Shown: in pieces, positions 16,598-23,331 of the stretch
How the letters are laid out: each line of letters opens with the position of its first letter
Numbering within the stretch: the first letter of the stretch is position 1
Assembly (NCBI GenBank): GCA_944384765.1
Contig: CALWUM010000006.1
Span: 17,799 to 81,798, forward strand
Length of the DNA stretch: 64,000 nt
Direction of reading: 5' to 3'
From: an uncultured Agathobaculum sp.
GTDB taxonomy: Bacteria; Bacillota; Clostridia; Oscillospirales; Butyricicoccaceae
The notes under the pieces: generated by a model
Databases searched by the model: none
Seen by the model: the letters and a program-made list of their open reading frames with translations, nothing else
Told to the model about the DNA's origin: nothing
Position numbers and translations under genes: made by a program

Positions 16598-17263
16598 ATG
16601 GAGCAATGCAAACGGTGGGCCGTTTACTTCGGCGGCCTGTTCCTGATGGCGACCGGGGTTTCGTTTTCCGTGCTTTCCGGTCTGGGCGTTTCGCCGATCG
16701 ACACCATCCCGTATGTGACAAGCGTGATCTTCCACTCGGATATGGGCCTGTGGACGGCGATCATTTTTGCCTGCTATGTCGGCCTGCAGGCGGTTATCCT
16801 GCGGCGGGATTTTCCGGTGCGCAACATTTTGCAGATCCCGATTGGGATCTGCTTCGGCTGGTTTGTCAGCGTGACCAACGCGCTGGAAAACGCGCTGCTG
16901 CCCGCGCCTGACCACTATGCGCTCGCGCTGCTGTATCTGCTGCTGAGCATGATGCTGATCGGCTTTGGCATTTCGTTCTATGTGGAAGCCGACCTGATGA
17001 GCATGCCCGCCGAGGGTGTAGCGCAGGCCATTGCAGCCAAAACCGGCTGGCAGCTTTCCAGTTCCAAGATCCTGTTTGACTGGAGCGTGGTGGCGGTTTC
17101 GCTGCTGCTGTGCTGGCTCGTGCTGCACCGGCTGGACGGCATCCGCGAGGGCACGCTGATTGCGGCCTTTGGCGTGGGGCTGTTCCTGCGCCTGTCCCAG
17201 CGGACCATGTGCCGCGGCGTGCGGCGTTTTCTGCGCCGGGAAGTCCGGCAACCGGCAGAATGA
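16598..17263 (+). CDS. YczE/YitT-like integral membrane protein
   Basis: GGLFLMATGVSFSVLSGLGVSPIDTIPYV pattern typical of YczE-family proteins. Multiple TM segments. Confidence 0.75.
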   Translation: MEQCKRWAVYFGGLFLMATGVSFSVLSGLGVSPIDTIPYVTSVIFHSDMGLWTAIIFACYVGLQAVILRRDFPVRNILQIPIGICFGWFVSVTNALENALLPAPDHYALALLYLLLSMMLIGFGISFYVEADLMSMPAEGVAQAIAAKTGWQLSSSKILFDWSVVAVSLLLCWLVLHRLDGIREGTLIAAFGVGLFLRLSQRTMCRGVRRFLRREVRQPAE

Positions 17264-17271
17264 GGCAAAAC

Positions 17272-17301
17272 AAAAAAGACGCGCCACAGCGCGTCTTTTT
17301 T
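17272..17301. terminator. Bidirectional terminator between the convergent yczE-like genes
   Basis: AAAAAAGACGCGC-caca-GCGCGTCTTTTTT. Confidence 0.85.
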
Positions 17302-17308
17302 GTTTGTT

Positions 17309-18031
17309 TCAGCTTGCCTTCTGGTCGGCCGCTGCGGACCGCACCGGCATCTGCACGGTTTCCGGCATCTGCGCCAGACCCGCGATGCGCGCGATCAGCG
17401 GCAGGCGGGCGTTAAACAGGTTGACAAACCGGCCGACAATCAGCGCGGAGATGACCGTGCCCAGGCCCAGGCCGTTGAGGCCGTGGAAGAAGATGAGCGA
17501 CAGGGTCAGCGAGATGGCGACCAGCGTCACGTCGAACGCCACCTTGACCGAACCGAAGCGGATCTTCGTGACCTGTGCCAGCGCGCCGACCAGGCCCTCG
17601 CCCGGCACGCGCAGCACATCCGGCGCAACCTCGACGCTGATGCCGAAGCCCAGCACCGCGCAGCCCAGCAGCAGCGCGATCAGCTCTACCACGATGTTCT
17701 GCGGCTCAAACCAGCCCAGCAGGTTCATGCTCACGTCGATAAACCAGCTGAACAGCAGGTTGACAAAAACCTGAAGCAGCTGTATCGGCTTGTAATCCCG
17801 GCGCAGCAGGATAGGCTGCAGCGCAATGAACGCCAAGTTCATCACGAACGTGAACTCGCCCAGCGTGGGCGTGAACTTGAGGCTGAGCACATAGGGCACG
17901 CTCGAGATCGGCGAGGTGCCCAGCGCCGCCTTGGTGATCAGCGCTACGCCAAACGAGTTGATCATAACGCCGATCACAAAAAACAGATAACGCACGGTTT
18001 TATTGGTTACTTTTCCCACTGTTTCCACCAT
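17309..18031 (-). CDS. YczE/YitT-like integral membrane protein (paralog)
   Basis: VIGVMINSFGVALITKAALGTSPISSVPYV parallels the 16598 gene. Start is uncertain (ATG 18031 or a nearby GTG). Overlaps the marR stop. Confidence 0.7.
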   Translation of the reverse strand: MVETVGKVTNKTVRYLFFVIGVMINSFGVALITKAALGTSPISSVPYVLSLKFTPTLGEFTFVMNLAFIALQPILLRRDYKPIQLLQVFVNLLFSWFIDVSMNLLGWFEPQNIVVELIALLLGCAVLGFGISVEVAPDVLRVPGEGLVGALAQVTKIRFGSVKVAFDVTLVAISLTLSLIFFHGLNGLGLGTVISALIVGRFVNLFNARLPLIARIAGLAQMPETVQMPVRSAAADQKAS

Positions 18032-18449
18032 TCCTCTGCAAATTTGCAATAATTTTCTGCATGGTCTGTAAAAATGCCGCGCGCTCCTCCGGCCCGATGC
18101 CGTCCCATGCCAGCGCGTCGACTGCTGCAAATCCCTGCCGCACAAAGGCCGCGTGCCTGCGTCCCGCTTCGGTCAGGCAGACGAGCGAGACCCGCCGGTC
18201 GTCCGCAGCGGTCTGCTTGCGCACCAGCCCCTGCTGGTCCATGCGCGTGAGCAGGCCGGTGATTGTGGACTTGTCCAGCGCGCAGCCCTCGCCTAGCTGC
18301 TTTTGGGTGCAGCCGTCGTGCTCATCCAGATATTCCAGCACCTTGGGCTGTCCGGGCAGCAGGCCGGTTTCCCGCACCTGCGCCAGCACTTCACGGTTGG
18401 ACGCGTGAAATGCGCGCATCAGCAGGTAATGCAGCTCCTGTTCCAGCAA
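18000..18449 (-). CDS. MarR-family transcriptional regulator
   Basis: Winged-HTH pattern PGQPKVLEYLDEHDGCTQKQLGEGCALDKSTITGLLTRMDQQGLVRK...DRRV. Probable TTG start after GGGAGGG. Confidence 0.85.
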   Translation of the reverse strand: MLEQELHYLLMRAFHASNREVLAQVRETGLLPGQPKVLEYLDEHDGCTQKQLGEGCALDKSTITGLLTRMDQQGLVRKQTAADDRRVSLVCLTEAGRRHAAFVRQGFAAVDALAWDGIGPEERAAFLQTMQKIIANLQRNGGNSGKSNQ

Positions 18450-18466
18450 TTCATTCCCTCCCCGGT

Positions 18467-18519
18467 TTATTTAGTTTGTATCCAAACTAAATAATAAAAC
18501 TTTGCATCTGGTTTGTCAA
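18467..18519 (-). promoter_or_regulatory. marR promoter with a perfect 12 bp-arm palindromic operator
   Basis: TTGACA (18519-18514), N17, TATTAT (18496-18491). Palindrome TTATTTAGTTTG-tatc-CAAACTAAATAA (18467-18494) overlaps the -10 and transcription start. Confidence 0.7.
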
Positions 18520-18533
18520 TACGCGCTGTTACG

Positions 18534-18563
18534 AAAAAAAGCACCCCGGACGGGGTGCTTTTT
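18534..18563. terminator. Bidirectional terminator
   Basis: AAAAAAAGCACCCC-ggac-GGGGTGCTTTTT. Confidence 0.85.
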
Positions 18564-18579
18564 GTTGAGTTTTTCAGGT

Positions 18580-19020
18580 CTACTTGATCTCCTCGACCGG
18601 GATCTGCTTTAAGATCTCAACCGGGCCGCAGCCGGCGCACTTGGCGCAGTCGTGCATGCAGGCCATCGGGTCGTCCGGGTCCTCCTCGCGGCCGATCTCG
18701 AGCAGGGTTGGGTCGCCCTGCTTTTCGCCGACGATGAACTTGGCCACCGCCTCCTCGGGCGAGCCTTCGCAGCCCGGCACGAGCACCAGGCCGATCATCT
18801 CGAGCGCATTGCGGATGGCAAGGCCGAGCGAGCCGCAGATCAGCACATCGAGCTTTTCCATGCTCGCCAGCTTGATCAGATCGGTTGTGCTGTCGCCCTG
18901 CACCGCAGCCAGGCGCTTGCCGGTGGGCTCCCTGCCCTCCACGGTGACGATCATGACCGTCTTGCAGCTACCCAGATTGGACGCAATCTGCCCGTTTTCG
19001 TATGCAACACCAATGTTCAT
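18580..19020 (-). CDS. NifB/NifX-like (dinitrogenase Fe-Mo cofactor biosynthesis domain) protein with a Cys-rich tail
   Basis: MNIGVAYENGQI...VLICGSLGLAIRNALEMIGL resembles the Nitro_FeMo-Co domain. C-terminal CMHDCAKCAGCG. Overlaps the upstream Mrp-like gene by 4 nt. Confidence 0.7.
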   Translation of the reverse strand: MNIGVAYENGQIASNLGSCKTVMIVTVEGREPTGKRLAAVQGDSTTDLIKLASMEKLDVLICGSLGLAIRNALEMIGLVLVPGCEGSPEEAVAKFIVGEKQGDPTLLEIGREEDPDDPMACMHDCAKCAGCGPVEILKQIPVEEIK

Positions 19021-19835
19021 CGCAATGCCTCCACAGCCTGCATCGCGCCCGCGAGCGCGTCCGGCAGCTTAACGTCCTCGATCTTGCCTGCGTCAACCGC
19101 CTCGGCCAGCTTGGGATCGATCGGCAGCTTGGCCAGCACGGACAGGTTGTACTGCGCGGCAACCTCGTCCAGGTGGCTTTCGCCAAACACCGAAATATGC
19201 TTGCCGCAGTCCGGGCACTCGAGATAGCTGTAATTCTCGACCACGCCGATCAGCGGGATATTCATCATCTGCGCCATCTTGACCGCCTTGCCCACGATCA
19301 TGGACACCAGATCCTGCGGCGAGGTGACAACCAGGATGCCATCCACCGGCAGGGACTGGAATACAGTCAGCGGCACGTCGCCGGTTCCGGGAGGCATATC
19401 GACAAACAGGAAGTCCACATCGTCCCATACCACGTCCGACCAGAACTGCTTGACAGTCTCCGCAATGATCGGGCCGCGGTAGATGACCGGGTCATCCTCA
19501 TTCGGCAGCACCAGATTGATCGAAACCATCTGCACACCGCCCTCGCTGCGCGCGGGCAGGATGCCGGCCTCGCAGCCCTCGAGCTTGTCGTGCACGCCGA
19601 AGGTCTTGGGGATGGACGGGCCGGTGATGTCCGCGTCCAGCACGCCGCAGGTGTAGCCCTTGCGGGTCATGCCGACCGCCAGCATCGAGGTGAGCAGGCT
19701 TTTGCCCACGCCGCCCTTGCCGGACACCACGCCGATGACTTTGCGAACCGTTGCCGCGGGGTTAGCCGCGACCTTGAGGCTTTTTTCGCCGCCGCAGCCC
19801 GCCGAACACGAATCGCAGTTATGCGAACAACCCAT
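19017..19835 (-). CDS. Mrp/NBP35/ApbC-family Fe-S cluster carrier ATPase
   Basis: Deviant Walker A VVSGKGGVGKS and CxxC motif CPDCG. N-terminal Cys cluster CSHNCDSCSAGCGG. AGGAG lies 9 nt upstream of ATG 19835. Confidence 0.88.
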   Translation of the reverse strand: MGCSHNCDSCSAGCGGEKSLKVAANPAATVRKVIGVVSGKGGVGKSLLTSMLAVGMTRKGYTCGVLDADITGPSIPKTFGVHDKLEGCEAGILPARSEGGVQMVSINLVLPNEDDPVIYRGPIIAETVKQFWSDVVWDDVDFLFVDMPPGTGDVPLTVFQSLPVDGILVVTSPQDLVSMIVGKAVKMAQMMNIPLIGVVENYSYLECPDCGKHISVFGESHLDEVAAQYNLSVLAKLPIDPKLAEAVDAGKIEDVKLPDALAGAMQAVEALR

Positions 19836-19875
19836 AGTTAACAACTCCTAACATATCTTTTCTCGTCTGTCTCTA

Positions 19876-19904
19876 AGTATAGCGCATTCCGCCCGCTTTC
19901 GCAA
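19876..19904 (-). promoter_or_regulatory. Promoter of the mrp/nifX-like operon
   Basis: TTGCGA (19904-19899), N17, TATACT (19881-19876). Confidence 0.6.
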
Positions 19905-20049
19905 GGTCGCGCCTTGGCCGTCCCTGCGAAATTTTTGTCAAATTTTCAGAAAGTACCCTTTCCCGCGCGACGGTGCGTATGCAATCGCTTTCCGCCGCGC
20001 AGCGCATCCGATTGTTCTGACCTGCCGCAGCAGGCTGGAACACAAAATC

Positions 20050-20073
20050 CGAGGGCGTGCGCCTCGTTTTTTT
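20050..20073. terminator. Hairpin terminator closing the sRNA array region
   Basis: CGAGGGC-gugc-GCCUCG flanked by an A-run and a T-run. Minus-strand reading is followed by GAUUUUGUG. Confidence 0.55.
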
Positions 20074-20154
20074 ACAAGAATGTGTTTTTGTGGGCCGCGC
20101 GCGGCAGAACCCGTCGGGCGGCATCTCTATGCTTGCGATACCTGCGCCAAAGCC

Positions 20155-20299
20155 GCAATGCAAAGCGCCGCTGCCCGTTGGGGGAAACGGGACAGCGGCG
20201 CTTTGCCGATTCACTACACAGATTTGAAAAAGGGGGGTAAAAGAGAAATAAAAGATCGGTTGGCTTGCCAGCTGCGGGATTGCGGCTTCCCTTGCTGAC
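20155..20299 (-). ncRNA. Array unit 5: candidate sRNA
   Basis: Promoter TTCACA (20359) / TTCAAA (20348) / TTCACA (20337), N20, TATACT (20311-20306). P1 GUCAGC/GCUGGC (one G-U). Same inner hairpin and C/U tract. Hairpin 20161-20205. Confidence 0.6.
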
Positions 20300-20396
20300 G
20301 TATTCAGTATACCCCAGCGCCGCCCGATATGTGTGAACAGATTTTGAATAGCCTGTGAAAGATTTGTTGCGTTTAAAACCACAGGCAGCTGCACAC

Positions 20397-20535
20397 AGGG
20401 AAGCGCCCTGTTTCCCATACAGGAAACAGGGCGCAAACCATGCAAAATGAAAAAGAGGGTAAAAAGAAAAGGTGAAAGAAAGAAAACAAAGTGTAAAAGG
20501 AGTTCGCCGGAGGGAAGGTGTTTTTCCCTTCCGAC
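20397..20535 (-). ncRNA. Array unit 4: divergent variant sRNA
   Basis: Promoter TTCAAA (20595) / TTCAAG (20584) / TTCACA (20573), N20, TATACT (20547-20542). P1 GUCGG/CCGGC. Inner hairpin AGGGAA-aaacacc-UUCCCU. Longer, different C/U tract. Hairpin 20403-20434. Confidence 0.55.
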
Positions 20536-20624
20536 AATGATAGTATACCGTATCCTGCCCACTTAATTGTGAACGATTCTTGAACATACTTTGAAAGGTT
20601 TTTTACAAATCCCGCGCCTGTCCG

Positions 20625-20768
20625 GATACGGCAGGGCGCCCCGCTCCATAGGGGGATGGAACCGGGGCGCCCTGCTGTCATTCACAAAATAGAAAAAAGG
20701 GGGGTAAAAGAGAAATAAAAGATCGGTTGGCTGTCTGCCGACTTGGGATTGCGGCTTCCCTCATCGAC
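20625..20768 (-). ncRNA. Array unit 3: candidate sRNA
   Basis: Promoter TTCAAA (20828) / TTCAAA (20817) / TTCACA (20806), N20, TATACT (20780-20775). P1 GUCGA/UCGGC (one G-U). Same inner hairpin and C/U tract. Hairpin 20631-20675. Confidence 0.6.
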
Positions 20769-20854
20769 ATACTTAGTATACCGCACAAAACGGCCGGATT
20801 TGTGAACCGTTTTTGAACAGTCTTTGAAGGTTTTTTGACCGTGGTTTCCCCGAC

Positions 20855-20995
20855 CGGACAGGAAAACACCCCGGCTGTGCAGCAGCTGCAAAACCAGGGT
20901 GTTTTCTGTCATTTCACAATTATAGAGGGGGTAAAAAAGAGAAAAAAGATCGGTAGGCTGTCTGCCGGTTTAGGATTGCGGCTTCCCTCACCGGC
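20855..20995 (-). ncRNA. Array unit 2: candidate sRNA
   Basis: Promoter TTCAAA (21055) / TTTACG (21044) / TTCACA (21033), N20, TATACT (21007-21002). P1 GCCGGU/ACCGGC. Inner hairpin GGGAAGCCGCAAUCCU (G-U only on the minus-strand reading). C/U tract, then hairpin 20861-20906. Confidence 0.6.
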
Positions 20996-21079
20996 ATTTT
21001 CAGTATACGCCTGGAGCGACAGATAAGTGTGAACGGGACGTAAACAGACTTTGAAAGGTTTGTGACCCGGCCCGCACGG

Positions 21080-21221
21080 GAACGGGAAAGCGCCCCGGTC
21101 CGTGGGGGAAACGGAACCGGGGCGCTTTCTGTCATTTCACAAAATAAAAAGGGGGGTAAAAGAGAAATAAAAAGATCGGTAGGCTGTTTGTCGGTTCGGG
21201 ATTGCGGCTTCCCTTATCGAC
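21080..21221 (-). ncRNA. Array unit 1: candidate ~140 nt sRNA
   Basis: Promoter TTCACA (21281) / TTCAAA (21270) / TTCATA (21259), N20, TATACT (21233-21228). RNA has P1 UGUCG/CGACA around AGGGAAGCCGCAAUCCC, then tract CUUUUUAUUUCUCUUUUACCCCCCUUUUU, then hairpin 21086-21129. Confidence 0.6.
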
Positions 21222-21289
21222 ATGCTTAGTATACCCCATTTCCCCGCCGAGTATATGAACAAAATTTGAACGGCCTGTGAAAGAATTGT

Positions 21290-22294
21290 TTACAATTCCC
21301 GCTGCTGCCGTTTTTTGATCAGACGGATGTCGTCCCCGAAAAAGCGCAGCGCCATAAACTCGCCCAGCAGGCGCGAGGCGACTGCTGGCGAATACTTTTC
21401 GCTCAGCGTTTCGGGCAGCAGGTTGGTGTTGATAATCATGGGGCGCCCGGCCATCAGGCGGGTGTTGATCAGGTTATACAGCGCGGACACCGTGAACGCT
21501 GTCCCCATCTCGGTTCCCATATCGTCGATAATCAGCAGATCGGCGCGCTCATACCGCGCTGCGCGCTCAGCGGCCGCCGCGCCGTCACCGCTGCCGAATT
21601 TGATGGTCTCATACGCCGCAACGATGTTGATTGCCGTGTCGTACGCGACCGAAAACCCGCGTTCGGACACTGCTTCGGCGATGCAGGTAGACAAAAAGGT
21701 TTTCCCCAGGCCGGTCGAGCCATACAGCAGCAGATTGGGCGAATGCTTGCCGAAATGCGCGGCATACGCCTTGCACTCGTCCAGGTTGTACTCCATGTTC
21801 TCGCGCGGGGACACGCCCAACCGCGCGTCCGGCCGGGCGGAATAGTAATCCATGTTGAACCGGCCGAAATTCTGATCCTGAATCGGCAGCACGGTCGACA
21901 GCTGCTCCTTGAGCAGCCGGGCATAGCGCGCCTTGACACAGTCGCAGGTGGCGCTGCCCTGATAGCCCGTATCCCCGCACTTGGGGCAGGCGGGCTTATC
22001 GGTCAGGTAATCCGCAGGCAGGCCAAGCTGCCCGAGCAGGGACGCCCGCTCGCGCTGCAGGGACTGGTTGCGCTCGCGCAGGCGGCTGATTGCCGCCTCG
22101 GGGTCGCCGCCCGATTTGAGCGCTGCGCTCAGCACGGCCGCTGCGGTGGAGGACAGCTCGCGGTCGATCGCGCGGATACGCGGCTCACGCGCGTAAACCG
22201 CGTGCCGGCGCTCCTCGATCTCGTCCGCGCGGGCGGTGCGCTCACGCTCGAGTTCACGCCGCGCGGCGGCAAGCAGCTTTTTATCGTATGCCAT
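21290..22294 (-). CDS. DnaC/DnaI-like AAA+ helicase-loader ATPase with an N-terminal zinc-ribbon
   Basis: Walker A LLYGSTGLGKTFL, Walker B LLIIDDMG, and CPKCGDTGY...CDC zinc-ribbon. Confidence 0.8.
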   Translation of the reverse strand: MAYDKKLLAAARRELERERTARADEIEERRHAVYAREPRIRAIDRELSSTAAAVLSAALKSGGDPEAAISRLRERNQSLQRERASLLGQLGLPADYLTDKPACPKCGDTGYQGSATCDCVKARYARLLKEQLSTVLPIQDQNFGRFNMDYYSARPDARLGVSPRENMEYNLDECKAYAAHFGKHSPNLLLYGSTGLGKTFLSTCIAEAVSERGFSVAYDTAINIVAAYETIKFGSGDGAAAAERAARYERADLLIIDDMGTEMGTAFTVSALYNLINTRLMAGRPMIINTNLLPETLSEKYSPAVASRLLGEFMALRFFGDDIRLIKKRQQREL

Positions 22295-22297
22295 GGC

Positions 22298-23224
22298 TTA
22301 TCCCTCCGATTTGCGGCGGTGGTTTTTGACACGCGCCGCCCAGTCCTGCTCCCATGCGGCGAGGGTCGCGCTGTCGGTCGGCTGTGCGGCGGTCTGCCCG
22401 ACCGCTGCCCGGGTCTCAGGCTCGAGCGCGGTGATCTCGCTGACCGTATGTACCCCGCTCTCGTCCCAGCGGCGCAGGATGCCAAGCGTGTAATCCAGAC
22501 TCTTGTGTCCCTGGTGCTTGTCCGTGCGCGCAGCGGCCAGCGCGACCGCCTCAGGCGGGAACCCGTGTGCGAGTGCGAACCGGCACACGCGCTGTTCTTT
22601 GGGCGCGGGCTGGGCGGGGTCCGCGCCGAGCGCCTTGTAGACCGCCTCGCTGAGCGGCTTTTCGCTGACCCGGCGGGACAGATAATCCTGCGCATCCTGC
22701 GCATTCCGGATGCCCATATCCGCCCACTGGTACGCCTCGCGGCGTAGATCCGCCAGACGCACAGTACCTTTCTCCCGCTTGAGATAGCTCAGCAGCTCGA
22801 TGATCGCCGCGGCCGACAGGCCGAGGTGATCGTAGGCAGTCAGCAGGCAGCGCAGCTGCCCTTCGGTCAGCGTGCGGCCGAGCACGCCCTCTGCGCTCGC
22901 GCATACGCCGGCAAAATCCTTATCATCCAGCCGCGCGCGGCGCAGCTCGTCCGCTGTGTACTGCGGGGCGGCATCGGGCTTGTCCTCTTTTTTCGGCTGC
23001 ACCGGTGCGGTGAGCTGATTGAGCGTGAACGCGGCGCGCTCATACCGCTCCGCTGACAGGTGCAGCGCCCGCGCTGCCGCTTTGCCGTCCGCCGCGCCGC
23101 CGTGGCGCAGGACATACAGATACAGCAGCGCCGCGTCGCCGTCGCCGACCGCGATCAGCTTGTCCAGCGTATCGCAGCGCGCGACGCGCAACTCGCCTTC
23201 CGGCAGCACAACAGTGGTGGGCAT
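22298..23224 (-). CDS. DnaD-domain replication initiation / primosome protein
   Basis: Paired with and immediately upstream of the DnaC/DnaI-like ATPase (3 nt gap). Repeated helical DnaD/DnaB-C-like segments (LSYLKREKG..., LDYTLGILRRW). Call rests mainly on context. Confidence 0.65.
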   Translation of the reverse strand: MPTTVVLPEGELRVARCDTLDKLIAVGDGDAALLYLYVLRHGGAADGKAAARALHLSAERYERAAFTLNQLTAPVQPKKEDKPDAAPQYTADELRRARLDDKDFAGVCASAEGVLGRTLTEGQLRCLLTAYDHLGLSAAAIIELLSYLKREKGTVRLADLRREAYQWADMGIRNAQDAQDYLSRRVSEKPLSEAVYKALGADPAQPAPKEQRVCRFALAHGFPPEAVALAAARTDKHQGHKSLDYTLGILRRWDESGVHTVSEITALEPETRAAVGQTAAQPTDSATLAAWEQDWAARVKNHRRKSEG

Positions 23225-23331
23225 GGCTTCATTTCCTTTCCAAGTGGGTATCGGTTTTTATTATAGCATACCGGGCGCAAAGGGGCAAATGAAAAGGAGG
23301 GCTGCCAGCCCTCCTCTTGACCTGATACAGA

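Larger units (their letters stand above)
20155..21285 (-). repeat. Tandem array of five ~230 bp units (periods 226, 227, 233, 236 bp)
   Basis: The TATACT boxes recur at 21228, 21002, 20775, 20542 and 20306 (plus-strand agtata). The flanking blocks are conserved. Confidence 0.95.

Noticed and set aside
19873-21135. ORFs crossing the repeat array (for example 19873..20562 -, 20072..20587 -, 20373..20681 -, 20678..20869 -, 20920..21135 -).
   Set aside because: They run through promoter-like blocks, homopolymer tracts and hairpins. They have no RBS, and their reading frames are not conserved between the repeat units.
20155-21285. CRISPR array as an explanation for the five regularly spaced repeats.
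   Set aside because: The period is ~230 bp, not ~60-75 bp. The conserved part is more than 150 bp and contains promoter-like boxes. The variable parts are perfect hairpins rather than unstructured spacers. No cas genes are nearby.
21290-23224. IS21-type mobile element (IstB-like ATPase) or a prophage replication module.
   Set aside because: The AAA+ protein is IstB/DnaC-like, but the upstream partner is a DnaD-domain protein, not an IstA transposase. I found no inverted terminal repeats, integrase or phage genes. The flanks are core genes (pnp, mrp). A chromosomal helicase-loader pair is the simpler reading, although a link between these genes and the adjacent array cannot be excluded.
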